From an uncultured Acidimicrobiaceae bacterium (GTDB lineage Bacteria; Actinomycetota; Acidimicrobiia; Spongiisociales; UBA5794), in contig CAMYMC010000042.1 in NCBI GenBank assembly GCA_947259365.1, positions 19,954 to 83,953 on the forward strand: DNA of 64,000 nucleotides. The letters run 5' to 3'. The notes below the pieces were generated by a model. It searched no databases and had not been told where the DNA came from. It saw nothing but the letters and a program-made list of their open reading frames with translations. Position numbers and translations under genes: made by a program. Below, one piece after another: positions 61,092 to 64,000 of this stretch (within the stretch, counting starts at the first letter, position 1; each line of letters begins with the position of its first letter).

Positions 61092-61202
61092 CACAACGCG
61101 GGTTCAGGGACTCGCGCCGGGTACCGATAGAGCCGACAGATACTGGCGCAACGACGAACATGCGCCCACACTGTCGACAACGACTCAGCCGAGGAGGCCG
61201 CC

Positions 61203-62198
61203 ATGGCTTTGCGCCGTCTCAGTTTCGTGCTCGTATTCGCGCTTCTGGTCGCAGCCTGCGGCGACTCCGCCGAAGAGCCTCCGTCGTCGGTGACGACAGC
61301 CCCGGCGACCACGAGCGCGGCGACCACCGCACCGACTCAGGCGACGACGGCCGCGCCCACGACCACTGCTGCGCCGACCACCGCCGCCCCAGCCGACGCA
61401 ACCCCGGCCCTCCGCTCGGCGCTGAGCCAGGCCACGAACGCGACGTCTGGCCGCATGGAGGGCTCCTTCGTCATGGTCGGCATCGAGGGCGCCCCCGGCA
61501 TCACCGAGATCGTCATGCCGTTCTCCGGCGCGTTCGACAACGAAGCGGGCGCCTTTGCGTTCACGATGGACATGAGCGGCATCGCCGGCGCCGCCGGCGG
61601 CCAGATTCCACCGTCGCTCGCGGACCTCTTCGGCGAGATGGAGATCCGCCAGATCGGCGCTACCGCCTACATGCGGTTCCCGCTCTTCGGCGGCATGTTC
61701 GGGGTCGAGACGGAGTGGCTCGAGATGCCGGCCGACGATTCGGCGGCGACGGTCAGCGGGTTCGCAAGCGCCTCACCGGGGAACCCGGCAGACTTCCTCG
61801 CCGTGCTCGAGGACGCGGACGCCACGATCACCGAGGCGGGCCGCGAAGAGGTGCGGGGTGTCGAGACGACGAAGTACGAGGTCACCTTCGACGTGGCCGC
61901 ACTCCTCGAGACGGCGACGCCCGAGCAGAGGGCGGAGTTCGAGGCGCAGGGCCCGCTCCCGATCGACCAGCTCCCCATGACGATGTGGATCGGTGACGAC
62001 GGCCTCATCCACCGCTATTCGATCGACATCTCCGGTAGCGACATCGGCACTCAGCCCGGGCAGGGATTCGAGCGGATGACGATGAACTTCGAGATGTACG
62101 ACTGGGGTGCCGACGTCGACATCTCCCCGCCGCCCGCCGACCAGGTCACGAACGCCGAGGACCTCGAGTTCTTCGATCCGAGCATCTTCGGCGGCTGA
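61203..62198 (+). CDS. lipoprotein with Thr/Ala/Pro-rich linker, hypothetical
   Basis: Lipobox LLVAACG; TTAPATTSAATTAP linker. Confidence 0.6.
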   Translation: MALRRLSFVLVFALLVAACGDSAEEPPSSVTTAPATTSAATTAPTQATTAAPTTTAAPTTAAPADATPALRSALSQATNATSGRMEGSFVMVGIEGAPGITEIVMPFSGAFDNEAGAFAFTMDMSGIAGAAGGQIPPSLADLFGEMEIRQIGATAYMRFPLFGGMFGVETEWLEMPADDSAATVSGFASASPGNPADFLAVLEDADATITEAGREEVRGVETTKYEVTFDVAALLETATPEQRAEFEAQGPLPIDQLPMTMWIGDDGLIHRYSIDISGSDIGTQPGQGFERMTMNFEMYDWGADVDISPPPADQVTNAEDLEFFDPSIFGG

Positions 62199-62209
62199 TC
62201 GACCGTCGA

Positions 62210-63358
62210 TCAGGGTCGCGGCGCCGCCACCGGCGCGCCGATGTCGACCGGCGCGCGGGCGAGGCGTGCCCTGCCGGTGATGGGCACCTCCGTGATCGTG
62301 GGGGTGGGCCCGCCGAAGTCCACCATCCAGGGCTCCAGGAACCCGTCCCGTGAGACGGATTCGCGGTTGACGACGGCGAGGCTTCCGTCCAGGTCTATCG
62401 ACTCCGCGAACCAGCCCTCCTGCTCTCCTTTGACCTGCACCCTCGCCAGCTCGGCGCCCGTGCTCGACTCGACGACGACGAGGTCGGTATTCACGGGGAA
62501 TCCGGCCTCGTCGTCGACCTGCTGGAAGTAGGCGAGCGTTGCCCCGTCGGGGGCGAGCTCGACGGCCCATTCGCACTGGCGGTCCTCGCAGAAGTCGCCG
62601 GCGTACGGGTCCGCCGCAACGGCGATCTCGTCACCCCCGAGGTCCCAGAAGGTGAAACCGTTGAAGATCTCGGCATACCAGGTCATCGCGATCGTGTCCC
62701 CACCGATCGACACCGGGTCCGAGCCTGATTCCCAGCCGCCGACTCCGCCGAGCACCGTCACGGCGCGCGCTTCGACGTCGTAGTACCGAAGCGTTTCCGC
62801 CATGTCCTCGATGTTGGAGCCCTCTCCCCGGGTGTAGAAGACGCGCAGGCTGCCTTCGATCTCGACGGCGTCGTGGAGGGAGAGGACGTGGTCCGGCTCG
62901 GAGGGGACGAGGAATGCCTCCGCCGTGTCCGACCCCGACCGAATCCACCACACGACACTGGTGCCCGTGCCCGGTCCGAACCTGCCGCGTCGGATCTGGA
63001 AGAAGACACCACCGCGAGCGTCGTCGACGGCGAGGACCACCGGGCCGGTGACCAACTCGGTGACGGATCCGTCGCTCGCGAACCCGAACACGCCGGCGTC
63101 GTTGGCGATCATCAGCGTGGCTGCCGGCCTCGGAACGACCGGCGCCGAGCTGGTGGTCGTCTCGACGGGAGCGATGGTCGACGACGTCGTGACAGAGGTC
63201 TCAGCGCCGGGGGTCGTGCCGGGAGGAGATGTCGGCTGGGTGTCCGGCGTCGTCACCGTCACCGGCGTCGTCACCGGCGTCGTCGTCGTTACGGAACCGG
63301 CCGAACATCCGGCGGCGACGACGCCAACAGCGACGAGGGCGAGCATCCACCTGCGCAT
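62210..63358 (-). CDS. lipoprotein with Thr/Pro-rich linker and beta-rich domain, hypothetical
   Basis: Lipobox VVAAGCS; TTTPVTTPVTVTTP linker. Confidence 0.6.
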   Translation of the reverse strand: MRRWMLALVAVGVVAAGCSAGSVTTTTPVTTPVTVTTPDTQPTSPPGTTPGAETSVTTSSTIAPVETTTSSAPVVPRPAATLMIANDAGVFGFASDGSVTELVTGPVVLAVDDARGGVFFQIRRGRFGPGTGTSVVWWIRSGSDTAEAFLVPSEPDHVLSLHDAVEIEGSLRVFYTRGEGSNIEDMAETLRYYDVEARAVTVLGGVGGWESGSDPVSIGGDTIAMTWYAEIFNGFTFWDLGGDEIAVAADPYAGDFCEDRQCEWAVELAPDGATLAYFQQVDDEAGFPVNTDLVVVESSTGAELARVQVKGEQEGWFAESIDLDGSLAVVNRESVSRDGFLEPWMVDFGGPTPTITEVPITGRARLARAPVDIGAPVAAPRP

Positions 63359-63402
63359 GATCGGGAAAGGTACCGGAACCCGTGCCGCGTTCCCACGATG
63401 CC

Positions 63403-64000
63403 TCAGCCGAGCCGCTCCCGGAGCCAGGCGATGTCAGCGGCCTGGCCGTCTGCGCCCCCCGGGGTCTCCACGACCGTCGGAGCGGCGCCGGCGCGGACGA
63501 ACTCGACGATGAGCTCCGCGGGGATCTCTCCACTGCCCAGCCCTGCGTGGCGGTCCCTCCGGCTGTCGAACGGATCCCGGGAGTCGTTGCAGTGGATGAG
63601 GTCGACCCGGCCGGTGAGCCCCCGCACGAGATCGACGGCCTCGGTGAGATCACCGCCCCCGGCCCAGATGTGGCAGCTGTCGAGACAGACGCCGACGTTG
63701 AACTCGCCGATCTCCTCCCACAGTGGCCCGTAGTTCTCGAGCTCGCGAGTGACCGCGTTCCCACCGCCTGCGGTGTTCTCGATGAGCAGCGGCACTGCCC
63801 AGCCGCCCTCGGCGTACTCGAAGACCTTCCTCCAGCGCTCGAAACCAACCGCAACGTCCTCGTCGTCGCCGACGTGCCCGCCGTGGACGACGACACCGGA
63901 AGCCCCCACCGTCTCGGCCGCTTCCATCGTCTGCGCCAGCGTCTTGCGGCTCGGAATCCGGATGCGGTTGTTCGGCGAGGCCGGGTTCATGATGTAAGGG
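63403..64000 (-). CDS. nfo: endonuclease IV (AP endonuclease family 2), 5'-truncated by the window edge
   Basis: LIENTAGGGN, VCLDSCH, LIHCNDSRDPFDSRRDRHAGLGSGEI match Nfo metal-binding motifs. The N-terminus lies beyond nt 64000. Confidence 0.75.
   Translation of the reverse strand, partial: PYIMNPASPNNRIRIPSRKTLAQTMEAAETVGASGVVVHGGHVGDDEDVAVGFERWRKVFEYAEGGWAVPLLIENTAGGGNAVTRELENYGPLWEEIGEFNVGVCLDSCHIWAGGGDLTEAVDLVRGLTGRVDLIHCNDSRDPFDSRRDRHAGLGSGEIPAELIVEFVRAGAAPTVVETPGGADGQAADIAWLRERLG

Overview
High-GC (about 70%) window from an Actinomycetota-like chromosome, densely packed with about 68 protein genes plus one tRNA-Gly(CCC). Markers supporting the lineage: bS22, a PAC2 protein, and a PadR regulator next to ino1. 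No CRISPR array, transposase or integrase was recognised. Ordinary housekeeping blocks: metB-like/cysK sulfur genes; the rpsF-ssb-rpsR-rplI-dnaB cluster; panB, thrB, dcd and dinB; ino1 with its PadR repressor. Other blocks: a canonical copper-efflux operon csoR-copZ-copA with a recognisable CsoR operator; an SLH-anchored PQQ-type sugar dehydrogenase; and a flavin-reductase trio. Two loci look most like undescribed systems. First, a 1635-aa polytopic membrane protein is translationally coupled to a PrsW-family intramembrane protease and is divergent from an intramembrane-sensing two-component system; paired GGGACGTCCC palindromes sit in the shared promoter region. Second, a cluster of three cupredoxin (type-1 copper) proteins: one carries an LPFTG sorting signal followed directly by a class E sortase; an FN3-containing secreted cupredoxin and a TM-anchored surface protein complete the operon; a Cys-rich sensor kinase/NarL regulator pair follows. 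Most of the long ORFs in the six-frame track that overlap these genes are GC-driven shadow ORFs and were rejected. Coordinates that were refined by hand are accurate to about 1-3 nt.
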